Of a stretch of DNA of 64,000 nucleotides, positions 9,849 to 19,652 are shown piece by piece (positions within the stretch are counted from its first letter, which is position 1; every line of letters starts with the position of its first letter). The stretch lies in contig CAXXVL010000002.1 of the NCBI GenBank assembly GCA_963667845.2, positions 1,088,001-1,152,000 on the forward strand, in the 5' to 3' direction. A model generated the notes under the pieces. The model was given only the letters and a program-made list of their open reading frames with translations. It ran no database searches and was not told where the DNA came from. The DNA is from Smithellaceae bacterium (GTDB lineage Bacteria; Desulfobacterota; Syntrophia; Syntrophales; Smithellaceae). The position numbers and the translations under genes are program-made.

Positions 9849-11900
9849 TCACATGGTCTTGGACTTTCCACGATAATCGCCGTCTAATCCGTACTCTTTG
9901 AGTTTGCGATAAAGCGAGCTGCGGGCTATGTTCAATTTCTCGGCAATCTTGTTGCGGGGAATGTCCATTCTCATCATGCCAATGATGGTTTCCTTTTCCC
10001 GTTTCTTTACGGAATGGGCGTCAGCCCTGGATTCATCCCTGTAATGCCAGTGAAGAATTTCATCGGGAACCAGCGCGATCGTCAGTTCCTGGCCGGAAGC
10101 TACGGTGATCATTCGCTCGATAACATTTTGTAATTCACGAATATTGCCCGGCCAGGGATAGTCTTCCAATATTTTAATGACATCGTCATGGATGCGGATA
10201 ACCTTTTTGTCCATGCCACTTGCACATTTCTTAATAAAGTTGTCGATCAAAAGAGGAATATCGTCTTTCCTGTCCCTGAGCGGCAATGTTTCGATGCTGA
10301 AAACATTCAGGCGGTAGTATAGGTCTGATCGAAAGGATCCCTTGCTGATTTCTTCCATAATATTTTTATTGGTTGCAGCAATAATGCGTATATCAACGGG
10401 CCGGACAATGGTTCCGCCGACCCGGACAATCGCTTTTTCTTCGACCACACGCAGGAGTATAGCCTGGAATTCCAATGATGTTTCGGCGATTTCATCAAAG
10501 AAGATCGTTCCGCCGTCGGCCAGTTCGAACTTTCCCGTATTGCCGCCCCGGCGTGCGCCGGTAAATGCGCCCTCCGCATGTCCGAAGAGTTCGCTCGCAA
10601 TCAGATCCCGGGGGATAGAAGCGCAGTTGATTGCCACATAGGGACCATCCTTGCGGGCGCCTGAATTGTGAATGGCCTGTGCAAAGATATCCTTTCCCGT
10701 ACCGCTTTCACCTAAAAGCAATACATTGGAATCGCTCCCGGCGGCCAGTTGAACATGCTGCACAGTGCGAACAAATCTGCTGTTGCGTCCGCAGATATCC
10801 TTCAATTGAAAATTGGCTTTGGCCCCGAATATTTTGGCAGCCGGCTTCCTGATTTTTGGGGGTTCGCTGAGAATCACGATTTTGCCGATAGGCGCTCCAT
10901 CCCTGCAGCAAATCGGGCTCGAAGACACCACGCAATTCGCATCCACCTGTCCCAGGGCAATACGGATTTCGGAATTATTCACCAGTTTAGAGCCTTCGAC
11001 GATGGACAGGAATTCCAAATTATCCGACTGCAGGACGTCCCGTATATGACGACCTTCGATATGGCTATGGATCTGAAGCATTCTCCGGGCGCCGTCATTG
11101 ATCATTGTGACCCGACTCTTTGAGTCAAAGGCGATCATGGCCTGAGGTATCGCAGAGAAGACGGCCTGCTGATAATTTCCGGCGATTTGCGCCTCTTCGG
11201 TTACCTTCTCAGTCTTCATACTGGTTTCTATCGCGCGTGCAATAGTTATAGCAAACACAAGGGGCTGGGCATTGGAGCAGTTGCAGTTGGAAATCAGAGA
11301 AATGCCGCCGATAAACTCACCTTGCGGATTGTAGATCGGTGCACTGGAAGCGTCATCGTCATGATACGCGCGCATGTAATGCTGCGGCCCGAAACATTGT
11401 GCGGGTTTCCTGATGGCCACCACAATGGAAATAGAATTTGTGCCGACCATTTCTTCCGTCCAGAGAGCGCCTGGAATCAGCCGCGTCGATTGCGCCAGTT
11501 TCTTACAGTGGTCATTGACGCACGTTTCCAAGATGCGGCCTTCTCTGTCGAAAAGACAGACTAAGAAACGGGTTGTGTCGACACATTCATTAAAATTACT
11601 AAATAAAGGCCCTCCAGCCCGGATCAGCTGACTGTTATCTTCCAGTAATGCCTGCATTTCTGCAGTGGACGGAGTCGGAGGAGTTGGTTTTTCCCAAGGA
11701 TTTAGTCCGGCGTCGCGGCATCGCTGCCAGGAGTTCAGGATGTCATCCGGAATGATGGCAACATCAATATCCGTCCGTCCGGCGGCAAACTTTTCCCATT
11801 CCGACTTTGTCTTTAGAAGTTTGTCTTCATAGGACTGCTGCAACTCCGAGAGTCGGTTCTGATCAGGTACGACATATTCGGTTCCTGCTCTAAGTCCCAT
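9849..11900 (-). CDS. Sigma-54-dependent activator, AcoR-like (GAF-PAS-AAA+-Fis HTH)
   Basis: SWQRC and VGTN GAF signatures, GESGTGKD, ELFGH..GAFTGA, WPGNIREL, C-terminal IARSSLYRKL HTH. Confidence 0.92.
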   Translation of the reverse strand: MGLRAGTEYVVPDQNRLSELQQSYEDKLLKTKSEWEKFAAGRTDIDVAIIPDDILNSWQRCRDAGLNPWEKPTPPTPSTAEMQALLEDNSQLIRAGGPLFSNFNECVDTTRFLVCLFDREGRILETCVNDHCKKLAQSTRLIPGALWTEEMVGTNSISIVVAIRKPAQCFGPQHYMRAYHDDDASSAPIYNPQGEFIGGISLISNCNCSNAQPLVFAITIARAIETSMKTEKVTEEAQIAGNYQQAVFSAIPQAMIAFDSKSRVTMINDGARRMLQIHSHIEGRHIRDVLQSDNLEFLSIVEGSKLVNNSEIRIALGQVDANCVVSSSPICCRDGAPIGKIVILSEPPKIRKPAAKIFGAKANFQLKDICGRNSRFVRTVQHVQLAAGSDSNVLLLGESGTGKDIFAQAIHNSGARKDGPYVAINCASIPRDLIASELFGHAEGAFTGARRGGNTGKFELADGGTIFFDEIAETSLEFQAILLRVVEEKAIVRVGGTIVRPVDIRIIAATNKNIMEEISKGSFRSDLYYRLNVFSIETLPLRDRKDDIPLLIDNFIKKCASGMDKKVIRIHDDVIKILEDYPWPGNIRELQNVIERMITVASGQELTIALVPDEILHWHYRDESRADAHSVKKREKETIIGMMRMDIPRNKIAEKLNIARSSLYRKLKEYGLDGDYRGKSKTM

Positions 11901-12044
11901 TTGTTACAGCTCCCTTTCAAGACATGCCGGCCGGAAAATCCTCGGCGAATTTTTGCACTTTGCTGGTTAAGGCGCAGTCTATATTTTTTAATATCAGCAT
12001 TTAAGGCGATGATTCTTCCTCGCCTCTTAAGTCTCCACTTCTTC

Positions 12045-12181
12045 CTGTCTCCGGATGACAGGATTGAGACATATGTGTCTCGTTGAGACGGTTATCTGCA
12101 GCTACAAATAAAATAACGTCAAAAAATTTCTATAAAAATTGAGGATGTAGTTATGAAAGTGGATATGGCATAAACATTGTA
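12045..12181 (+). promoter_or_regulatory. Putative enhancer sites plus a degenerate sigma-54 -24/-12 promoter, divergent from the activator
   Basis: TGTC-N7-GACA (12046-12060), GAGACA-TATG-TGTCTC (12066-12081), GTCTC-GTT-GAGAC (12077-12089); AT tract; TGGCATAAACATTGTA at 12166-12181. Confidence 0.5.
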
Positions 12182-12830
12182 TCGTATTAAGCCATGTAAA
12201 AATAAATACAAAATATTTCTGCGAATAGCAATAATAAATTTGATGATTTGAAATTGAATAACAACCGGATTAAAGAAACCTCTTCGCCTGCTTTATGTTT
12301 TGTTGCATTATTTAAGAAGGTAGAAATTTATTTCTTTAATCAAATAATGTGAATATAATCGATATATTACGTATTATGATGATGAGATCTGGTGTCAGAG
12401 AAAATCAGAAATCATTCATCTGATTATTCCTGCGAAATAGACGTGTATTACGAAAATCTATTTTCAAGGCTGATGTGCTGAAATAAGACAAAACTGTCCC
12501 ACGGAGTGTTCCGATGTATCCTGCCGCGAGAAACGGAATTTTCCGGCAGGCAGAAATCTTTTATAGATTTTTACGGAACGAAGGGACAGGGAGCAAGGGG
12601 GAATCCCCCTTGCTCCATTGAAATTGATTGATCAAATCACCGCCGATTTTTGCGGGCCTGTATTGCCCGTAAATTGATTTTGTTACAGGAACCCTCATCG
12701 GACCTGTCCGGAAATCTGTCGAATTGTAATTGGCGGCACTGATTGCGGGAAAGGATTCTTTGTTTGCTTGAGATTGTATGAATTTGAATCAAATATTTTT
12801 CCGCGCGCGCTGTGCAGACTTGTCAGGTCA

Positions 12831-12861
12831 TAAGAAAAGCCCGGCTTTTTCGGGCCGGGCT
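12831..12861 (-). terminator. Rho-independent terminator of the por-2/Bfu operon
   Basis: AGCCCGGC/GCCGGGCT stem preceded on + by AAGAAAA (U-tract on -). Confidence 0.7.
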
Positions 12862-12896
12862 GGGAAACTTCTCGAAAATATAATGAATAATTTACT

Positions 12897-13610
12897 TTAG
12901 CGGCATTCCGTGCAGACAGCCAGTTCCTTGAACGGCACGCCGGTTTTCTTGCTGATGTATTTCAACTGATCCACCGGGGCGAAGAATTTGCCGCACTTTT
13001 CACACGTCTGCATCTTAAAGGTGCGTCCCCAGATTTTGCGTTTGTCGCCGGTCGACGTCATTTCGATGTGTCCTGTCGGGCAGACATAGACGCAGGCGCC
13101 GCAGCCGATGCAGACGTCTGACTTTTCGTGATAAGGCGTGCCGACTTCTTTATACGATCCCCGGGAAAATAAGCCGATGGCGCTCACGCCGACGACTTCT
13201 TCACAGACGCGCACGCAGGAACGGCACAAAATGCACTTGCCGTGATCCTTGTCCGCGACGTAGCGGCCCTGCGATTCCACGCCCATTTCTTTAGCCATCT
13301 TTTGCAAAACTTCTGATTCGGGGCAGCGCGCCAGCAGTAATTCCATAACCAGACGACGAACATTCAGCACGCGCGTGCTTTTCGTATCGACCATCAGGCC
13401 CTCCTCCACGCCATAGAGGCAGGAGGTGACGATCCGCGTCCGGTTTCCCTTCTTGATCTCGACGACACATAACCGGCAGGCGCCGGATCGGGAAATGGCG
13501 TCATGTGCGCACAGGGTGGGAACCGAGATGCCCGCGCCGCGAATGGCTTCAAGAAGCATGGTGCCTTCCCGAGCTGATATATTCTTTCCGTCAATAATCA
13601 TATTTACCAT
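12897..13610 (-). CDS. Short NuoG/HydA-N-like Fe-S subunit (2Fe-2S, 2[4Fe-4S], C-terminal 4-Cys); no catalytic domain
   Basis: PTLC..GACRLC..TSC; KCILCRSCVRVC; CIGCGACVYVCP; CEKC...CTEC; only 237 aa. Confidence 0.85.
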   Translation of the reverse strand: MVNMIIDGKNISAREGTMLLEAIRGAGISVPTLCAHDAISRSGACRLCVVEIKKGNRTRIVTSCLYGVEEGLMVDTKSTRVLNVRRLVMELLLARCPESEVLQKMAKEMGVESQGRYVADKDHGKCILCRSCVRVCEEVVGVSAIGLFSRGSYKEVGTPYHEKSDVCIGCGACVYVCPTGHIEMTSTGDKRKIWGRTFKMQTCEKCGKFFAPVDQLKYISKKTGVPFKELAVCTECR

Positions 13611-13624
13611 GATGTCTTCTACCT

Positions 13625-15469
13625 CTACTTCACGTTGATTGCATCAAATTTGCAGCTCTGGATGCAGGCGCCGCAACGGGTGCATTTATCTTTATCAATA
13701 ATATGAGCTTTCTTCTTCTCTCCGGTGATAGCCTGCACGGCGCAGAATTTAGCGCAGACACCGCATCCGGTGCACTTTTCCGCGTTGATGCTGTAGGTGA
13801 TCAGTGCCTTGCAGACGCCCGCGGGACAGCGGTGATCCTTAATGTGGGCATCATACTCTTCCCGGAAGTATTTAATCGTGCTGAGGACGGGATTGGGTGC
13901 GCTGCCGCCCAGCGCGCAGAGCGAACCGTCGGCAATGGCCTGCGACATGGTTTCCAGAAGCTCGACATCGCCTTCTTTGCCGCGGCCGGCGCAAATGTCT
14001 TCCAGGATATCACTCATCCGGCGAACGCCTTCCCGGCAGGGAACACATTTACCGCAGGACTCTTCCTTCAGAAAGTCGAGGAAATAGCGGGCAACGTCCA
14101 CCATACAGGAGGTTTCATCCATGACGATCATGCCGCCGGAGCCCATCATGGAGCCTACTTCGGTGAGCTTATCGAAATCAACGGGGATATCCAGCAGGTT
14201 CTCCGGAATGCAACCGCCCGATGGGCCGCCCGTCTGGACGGCTTTGAATTTGCGTCCGTTGGGTATGCCGCCGCCCATGTCATAAATGATTTCATAGAGA
14301 GTGGTACCCATCGGCACTTCGATGAGACCCGTATTATTGATTTTGCCGACCAGCGAGAAGATTTTCGTTCCCTTGGAGCCTTCCGTCCCAATCGAGGAAT
14401 ACCAGTCCGCGCCTTTATTGATAATCAGCGGCACATTGGCCCAGGTTTCCACATTGTTCAAAACGGTGGGCTTGTCCCACAGACCTTTTTCCACTGCGTG
14501 CACATACTTGGCGCGCGGTTCACCGGCGCGGCCTTCGATCGAAGCAAACAGAGCGGAGGATTCACCGCAGACGAAGGCGCCAGCGCCTTTGTTGATGTGA
14601 ATATCAAACGAAAAATCCGTGCCGAGAATATTCTTGCCTAAAAGGCCTGCTTCCCTGGCGGCTTCAATCGCTATCTTGAGATGCTCTACAGCCAGCGGAT
14701 ATTCATTTCTTACGTAGATGTAACCTTCGTGCGCACCCACGGCGTAAGCGCCGATGATCATGCCCTCAATGACACTGTGAGGATTGCCTTCCATGAGGCT
14801 GCGGTCCATATAAGCGCCGGGGTCGCCTTCGTCTCCGTTGGCGATGACGTATTTCGGCTCACCGTGTGCCCGCCGGACGCCTTCCCATTTGATGGCCGCC
14901 GGGAAACCTCCGCCGCCGCGGCCTCTGAGCCCGGCCTTCTTCACTTCATTGATGACGTCTTCCGGTGTCATTTCCGAAAGTACTTTGCCCAGTGCCTGAT
15001 AGCCTTCGATGGCAAAATAGTCCTCGATCTTGGCCGGATCAATCATACCGTTCTTACCGAATACCACCCGAACCTGCTTCTTATAGAAAGGCAGGTCTTC
15101 TTCCCTGAACAGGGTTTTTTGCGTTTCCGGATGGCGGTAGAGCAAACGGCTGATCACTTCGCCGCCGCCCACGGTTTTCGAGACGATTTCCGGTACATCC
15201 TCCACTTTGACGTGCTGATAAAAATACTTGTCGGGGTGGACGACGACCATCGGTCCCTTTTCGCAGAAACCCAGACAACCGGTGGCGAGGACATCCACGT
15301 CCATATTTTGTTTCTTTAATTCGGCTTCGAGCGCTTCTTTGACCTTGAGACTGCCGGTAGCGCGACAGCCGGTTCCGGCGCAAATGGTCACAAACTTTTT
15401 CTTCGGACCGTAGTAGATTGTTAGATTGTCCATAATCTGGCGGGCTTGAGTATCAGGATTTTCGTTCAT
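13625..15469 (-). CDS. NuoF/HydB-like NAD(H)/FMN-binding subunit with N-terminal 2Fe-2S and C-terminal 2[4Fe-4S]
   Basis: [59 protein letters not shown] and CTRCGAC. Confidence 0.92.
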   Translation of the reverse strand: MNENPDTQARQIMDNLTIYYGPKKKFVTICAGTGCRATGSLKVKEALEAELKKQNMDVDVLATGCLGFCEKGPMVVVHPDKYFYQHVKVEDVPEIVSKTVGGGEVISRLLYRHPETQKTLFREEDLPFYKKQVRVVFGKNGMIDPAKIEDYFAIEGYQALGKVLSEMTPEDVINEVKKAGLRGRGGGGFPAAIKWEGVRRAHGEPKYVIANGDEGDPGAYMDRSLMEGNPHSVIEGMIIGAYAVGAHEGYIYVRNEYPLAVEHLKIAIEAAREAGLLGKNILGTDFSFDIHINKGAGAFVCGESSALFASIEGRAGEPRAKYVHAVEKGLWDKPTVLNNVETWANVPLIINKGADWYSSIGTEGSKGTKIFSLVGKINNTGLIEVPMGTTLYEIIYDMGGGIPNGRKFKAVQTGGPSGGCIPENLLDIPVDFDKLTEVGSMMGSGGMIVMDETSCMVDVARYFLDFLKEESCGKCVPCREGVRRMSDILEDICAGRGKEGDVELLETMSQAIADGSLCALGGSAPNPVLSTIKYFREEYDAHIKDHRCPAGVCKALITYSINAEKCTGCGVCAKFCAVQAITGEKKKAHIIDKDKCTRCGACIQSCKFDAINVK

Positions 15470-15951
15470 TGCTGCGCCCCCTCTTCGCTGATCTTCTTGA
15501 TGATTTTATCCACTTTGTTGATCGTCACCTGGCCGTGGTAGTCGGCATTGATGACCACAACGGGTCCCAGTGCGCAGGCGCCAACGCAGTTGACGGTTTC
15601 GAGCGAGAATTTTCCATCAGGCGTCGTATGACCCGGTTTGATGCCCAGCGTGGTTTCGAACCTGTCCTGGAGGGCGGCGGCACCGCGGACATGACAAGCC
15701 GTCCCCTTGCAGATTTTGACAATATTTTTGCCGCGCGGTTTCAAACTGAAGGCGGTGTAAAACGTCGCTGCTTCATACATGCGAGTAAAAGGCATGTTCA
15801 TCTGAGCGGCCGCGGTTTTCAAGGCTTCCTTCGGAAGATAATTGAAGGCTTCCTGAATATCCTGCAAAACGGCTATCAGCGCGGTTCTATCGCCCTTATA
15901 TTTTTTGACGATTTGTTTTGTTTTTAGCTTGATATCGCTAGCTTTTTCCAT
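15466..15951 (-). CDS. NuoE/HydC-like thioredoxin-fold 2Fe-2S subunit
   Basis: [11 protein letters not shown]...[11 protein letters not shown] overlap with the next gene. Confidence 0.92.
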   Translation of the reverse strand: MEKASDIKLKTKQIVKKYKGDRTALIAVLQDIQEAFNYLPKEALKTAAAQMNMPFTRMYEAATFYTAFSLKPRGKNIVKICKGTACHVRGAAALQDRFETTLGIKPGHTTPDGKFSLETVNCVGACALGPVVVINADYHGQVTINKVDKIIKKISEEGAQQ

Positions 15952-15993
15952 TCTAAATTCACCTCAATATTCTTCGGGTTCTCCCCTTTTTCT

Positions 15994-16944
15994 TTAATCA
16001 CAGCCTTTCAGGTATTTGGCTTTGTCCAGGATCTTCTGATATTCGCTTACCACTTTCTTCTGAATCGTCTCGATTTCAGCCTCGCCCAGATGTCGGAAAC
16101 GGCCCTGGGACTTGAAATAATCCTTGATCGGCTTCAGTTTTTTCGGCATGTCCGGGGATACGCGATATTGTCCGTTTTCCACTTCATACAAGGGGAAAAC
16201 ACCCGTTTCCACTGCCAGACGTCCCATGGACACTGCTGTTTGCGACGCGGCGCGCCATCCGGTCGGACAGACGGCGAAGCAGTGGATATAAGATGGCCCT
16301 TGAATGCTTTTTGCTTTTTCAATCTTGCGGATGAAATCCAGCGGATAGCTGGGGCAGGCGGTGGCCACATAAGGAATGTCATGGGCAACCATGATTTCCG
16401 GCATGTTCTTCTTCCAGGTTTTTTGGCCCATGCTCACTTTGCCCGCCGGAGCGGTCGTTGTGGATGCGCCCATCGGCGTGCCGCTGGAGCGCTGAATGCC
16501 CGTATTCATGTAAGCCTCGTTGTCGAAACAGACATAAATCATGTCGTGGCCGCGTTCCATTGCGCCGGAAAGCGCCTGAAACCCGATGTCCATAGTGGCG
16601 CCATCGCCGCCCATACCGACGACTTTGATATAGCGGTTGTCAATCTTCCCTTTTTTGCGCAGGGCTTTGAGGCCCGCCTCAATACCGGAGGCGACCGACG
16701 CTGCGTTTTCAAAGGCGACGTGAATCCAGGGCACCTGCCAGGCAGTGGTCGGAAACATACTCGAGACGATTTCCATGCACCCGGTCGCGGACGCGATGAC
16801 GGTATTCTCACCCAGCGCCTTGGCCATCAGCCGCACGGCGAGCACCTCGGCGCAGCCCGAACAGGCGCGGTGGCCCGACGACAGCAATTCTTGTTTATTG
16901 ATCAGCCGCGGAGCATATAAATCAAAATTTTCTACGATATTCAT
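15994..16944 (-). CDS. porB: Pyruvate:ferredoxin oxidoreductase beta subunit, operon 2
   Basis: GHRACSGC, GGDG, DNEAYMNTGIQRS, CPTGW; start MNIVENF overlaps the porA stop (TAATG). Confidence 0.92.
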   Translation of the reverse strand: MNIVENFDLYAPRLINKQELLSSGHRACSGCAEVLAVRLMAKALGENTVIASATGCMEIVSSMFPTTAWQVPWIHVAFENAASVASGIEAGLKALRKKGKIDNRYIKVVGMGGDGATMDIGFQALSGAMERGHDMIYVCFDNEAYMNTGIQRSSGTPMGASTTTAPAGKVSMGQKTWKKNMPEIMVAHDIPYVATACPSYPLDFIRKIEKAKSIQGPSYIHCFAVCPTGWRAASQTAVSMGRLAVETGVFPLYEVENGQYRVSPDMPKKLKPIKDYFKSQGRFRHLGEAEIETIQKKVVSEYQKILDKAKYLKGCD

Positions 16945-18119
16945 TATTCTCTCACTCCCCAAAATTCATAGGTATCCACCGCAAGGCCTGCCGTGTCCGC
17001 CAGAATTTTTTCAAACATGCCCACAAAATCATGAACAGGAACATCACGTCCGCCCAGTCCGTAAATATAATTGTAAATCAAAGGACGGTTGGCCTGGGCA
17101 TACAGGGCTGACTTGATTTCCGAAAATACCGGACCGCCGGGACCGCCGAAGGATACGGCGCGGTCGGTCACGATCAGTTTTTTTGCATTTTTTGCAACCG
17201 CTTTGATTTCTTCAAACGGGAACGGACGCCACAATCTTAATTTAATGAGCCCGGCCTTGATACCCTTGGATCGAAGTTCATCAATCGCCATCTGGGCCGT
17301 TTCTCCCATCGAGCCCATGGTCAGCATCAGAATTTCCGCGTCGTCCGCTTTGTAAGTTTCAACCGCTTTGTAGGAGCGGCCGAACAATTTCGCCCATTCG
17401 TCCCAGACGTCGACAATGACTTTTTTGGAATTCTTCAGCGCTTCATCCTTGGCTTTCATGATTTCCGTAAAGTAGTCGGCCATGGCAAAAGCGCCCATGG
17501 TCACCGGTTTTGCGGGATGAAGTGTCGCATGGGGAATAAACGGCGGCAGGAATTGATTGACTTCCTCCTGTGTCGGCATCTCAAAAGGTTCCACCATGTG
17601 CGTTAACTGAAAACCATCAATATTAATATTAACCGGAAGCATGACATCTTTATGCTCGGCAATTTTGAAAGCGATAATCGACATATCAATCGCTTCCTGT
17701 CCGTTTTCCACAAAGATGGAAATCCAGCCCGAATCACGCTGCGGCATAATATCGGAATGATCATTCAGAATGTTCAGAGGGCCGGAAACCGCCCGGTTGG
17801 CGATGGCCATCGTGATCGGCAGACGCATCGCCGAAGCGATGGGCAGCAATTCATGCATATACATCAACCCCTGAGAGCTGGTCGCCGTATAAGAACGGGC
17901 GCCCGTGCCGGACGCGCCGATGACTGCGCTCATGGCCGAATGTTCCGATTCCACGGTCACGAATTCCGCATCGATTTTGCCGTCTGCAACGAGATCGGAC
18001 AGATGCTCCGCAATGTGCGACTGAGGGGTGATGGGGTAAACGGCCGCCATATCGATATTGCAGAGCCCCACGGCTTCCGCGACGGCAACTGCCACTTCCA
18101 TACCTACGCGTTTGCCCAT
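16944..18119 (-). CDS. porA: Pyruvate:ferredoxin oxidoreductase alpha subunit, operon 2
   Basis: YPITP, VESEHSA, TATSSQG, ANRA, WRPFP, GLGGRD. Confidence 0.92.
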   Translation of the reverse strand: MGKRVGMEVAVAVAEAVGLCNIDMAAVYPITPQSHIAEHLSDLVADGKIDAEFVTVESEHSAMSAVIGASGTGARSYTATSSQGLMYMHELLPIASAMRLPITMAIANRAVSGPLNILNDHSDIMPQRDSGWISIFVENGQEAIDMSIIAFKIAEHKDVMLPVNINIDGFQLTHMVEPFEMPTQEEVNQFLPPFIPHATLHPAKPVTMGAFAMADYFTEIMKAKDEALKNSKKVIVDVWDEWAKLFGRSYKAVETYKADDAEILMLTMGSMGETAQMAIDELRSKGIKAGLIKLRLWRPFPFEEIKAVAKNAKKLIVTDRAVSFGGPGGPVFSEIKSALYAQANRPLIYNYIYGLGGRDVPVHDFVGMFEKILADTAGLAVDTYEFWGVRE

Positions 18120-18120
18120 C

Positions 18121-18399
18121 TTATTCCTCCTCAATCATCTTGATTGCGCGGGGCCAGCACTCATGTGAGCAGATGCCGCATCCCTTGCAATAATCCAGAT
18201 TTGCGCTGAAAAAACCGTCTTCAGTTTGCTGCACGCATCCTTCGGGGCAAAAAACGTAACAAATGCCGCACTTGATGCATTTCGCGTTGTCCCAGATCGG
18301 CCGCTGCGACCGCCAGCTTCCCGTATGATACTCGCTGGCGCTGCCCGGTTCGGACACGACACAGCCGATGGGAAGTTCCCGCCATGTTTTCAATGTCAT
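18121..18399 (-). CDS. porD: Pyruvate:ferredoxin oxidoreductase delta subunit, operon 2
   Basis: TGSWRSQRP, CIKCGICYVFCP, YCKGCGICSHEC. Confidence 0.92.
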   Translation of the reverse strand: MTLKTWRELPIGCVVSEPGSASEYHTGSWRSQRPIWDNAKCIKCGICYVFCPEGCVQQTEDGFFSANLDYCKGCGICSHECWPRAIKMIEEE

Positions 18400-18408
18400 A
18401 TCTACCTC

Positions 18409-18957
18409 TTAATTGATTATTTGTATTTCGTCGTAGGCCCGTTTCATCGCGTTGAGATTCTTCTGGGCGATTCTGCCGAACCGGTGATCAATGGCATCTT
18501 TCATCGCTTCGAGTTCCATGACGCCGGTCACTTTCAAGAGCGCTCCGATCATGGTCGTGTTGGCAATGGGCACGCCCATTTCTTTGCGCGCGATGCCGGT
18601 GCCGTCCACGGTTGCGACTGTGCCCTGGAAGTTCAATTCTTTGCGAATGTCTTCGGGTGTCTTAGGAGTGTTGACGATTAATTTTCCATTGGGTTTCAGT
18701 CCGTCGGTGACGTTCACGAGGCCGATCAAACTGGCGTCGAGGACCAGAACGACATCGGGATCGTAAATGCCCGAACGAACATTAATTTTCTTGTCATCAA
18801 TGCGGGTAAACGCCGCGACGGGCGCCCCTCTTCTTTCCGGGCCGAAACTGGGAAACCCCTGAGCATATTTTCCGGCGGCAATTGCCGCAACCGCCAGCAA
18901 TTCCACTGAGGTAACCGCTCCCTGACCGCCCCGGCCATGCCATCTGACTTCTATCAT
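18409..18957 (-). CDS. porC: Pyruvate:ferredoxin oxidoreductase gamma subunit, operon 2
   Basis: EVRWHGRGGQG, FPSFGPERRGAP; AAGGAG RBS. Confidence 0.92.
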   Translation of the reverse strand: MIEVRWHGRGGQGAVTSVELLAVAAIAAGKYAQGFPSFGPERRGAPVAAFTRIDDKKINVRSGIYDPDVVLVLDASLIGLVNVTDGLKPNGKLIVNTPKTPEDIRKELNFQGTVATVDGTGIARKEMGVPIANTTMIGALLKVTGVMELEAMKDAIDHRFGRIAQKNLNAMKRAYDEIQIIN

Positions 18958-19064
18958 GTACCTATATCTCCTTCATAAACTTTACACAAAATGACCGTCT
19001 TCCATAATATAGAAGCATTATGGAGTCAACATTTTTTCGTTTTCTCTGAATATACGACAGATAT

Positions 19065-19652
19065 CTATAGGATACGCCATTTGTTCCGTTCGGATGTGTA
19101 CAGATCGTTTCCTTTTGAGTCATTGATGACAACCAGGGGTAACTCAACAATTGTGAGTCTGCGGATCGCTTCCGGACCCAGATCCTCATAGGCGATTAAT
19201 TCCATTTTTTTGACGCAATGCGCGGTCAGTGCGGCAATGCCGCCGATGGCTCCGAAATAGACTGCTTTATATTTCTTAATTGCTTCAATAACTTCCGGTG
19301 AGCGGTTGCCTTTACCGATCATTCCGCGGAGGCCGTGTTGGATGAGTGCGGGAGTAAAAGCGTCCATCCGGTAGCTGGTTGTCGGTCCGATCGACCCGAT
19401 CACCTTGCCGGGAGGTGTAGGAGAAGGGGCGGCGTAGAAAAGGGTCGCCGTTGATAAATCTAGCGGCAGCGGCAGGCCTTGCTTGAGCGCATCATCCAAA
19501 CGACGATGTGCGGCATCCCGGGCTGTATAGACTTCGCCAGTAAGCAGGACCATATCGCCTGCCCGTAAGGTAGAGCAAATAGCGGTGGTCAGAGGTGTGT
19601 GGATAAGGATGGGAGCTTTTCCTGTTGCTGCTGCGCTGATTTCAGCATTCAT
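19065..19652 (-). CDS. Fe-S hydro-lyase (fumarate hydratase class I) beta subunit
   Basis: TARDAAH, GPTTSYRM, MIGKG, EDLGPEA; ATGA overlap with the alpha stop. Confidence 0.88.
   Translation of the reverse strand: MNAEISAAATGKAPILIHTPLTTAICSTLRAGDMVLLTGEVYTARDAAHRRLDDALKQGLPLPLDLSTATLFYAAPSPTPPGKVIGSIGPTTSYRMDAFTPALIQHGLRGMIGKGNRSPEVIEAIKKYKAVYFGAIGGIAALTAHCVKKMELIAYEDLGPEAIRRLTIVELPLVVINDSKGNDLYTSERNKWRIL

Noticed and set aside
18972..18989. Possible Rex box before porC of operon 2
   Set aside because: Four mismatches to TTGTGAA-N4-TTCACAA; too weak
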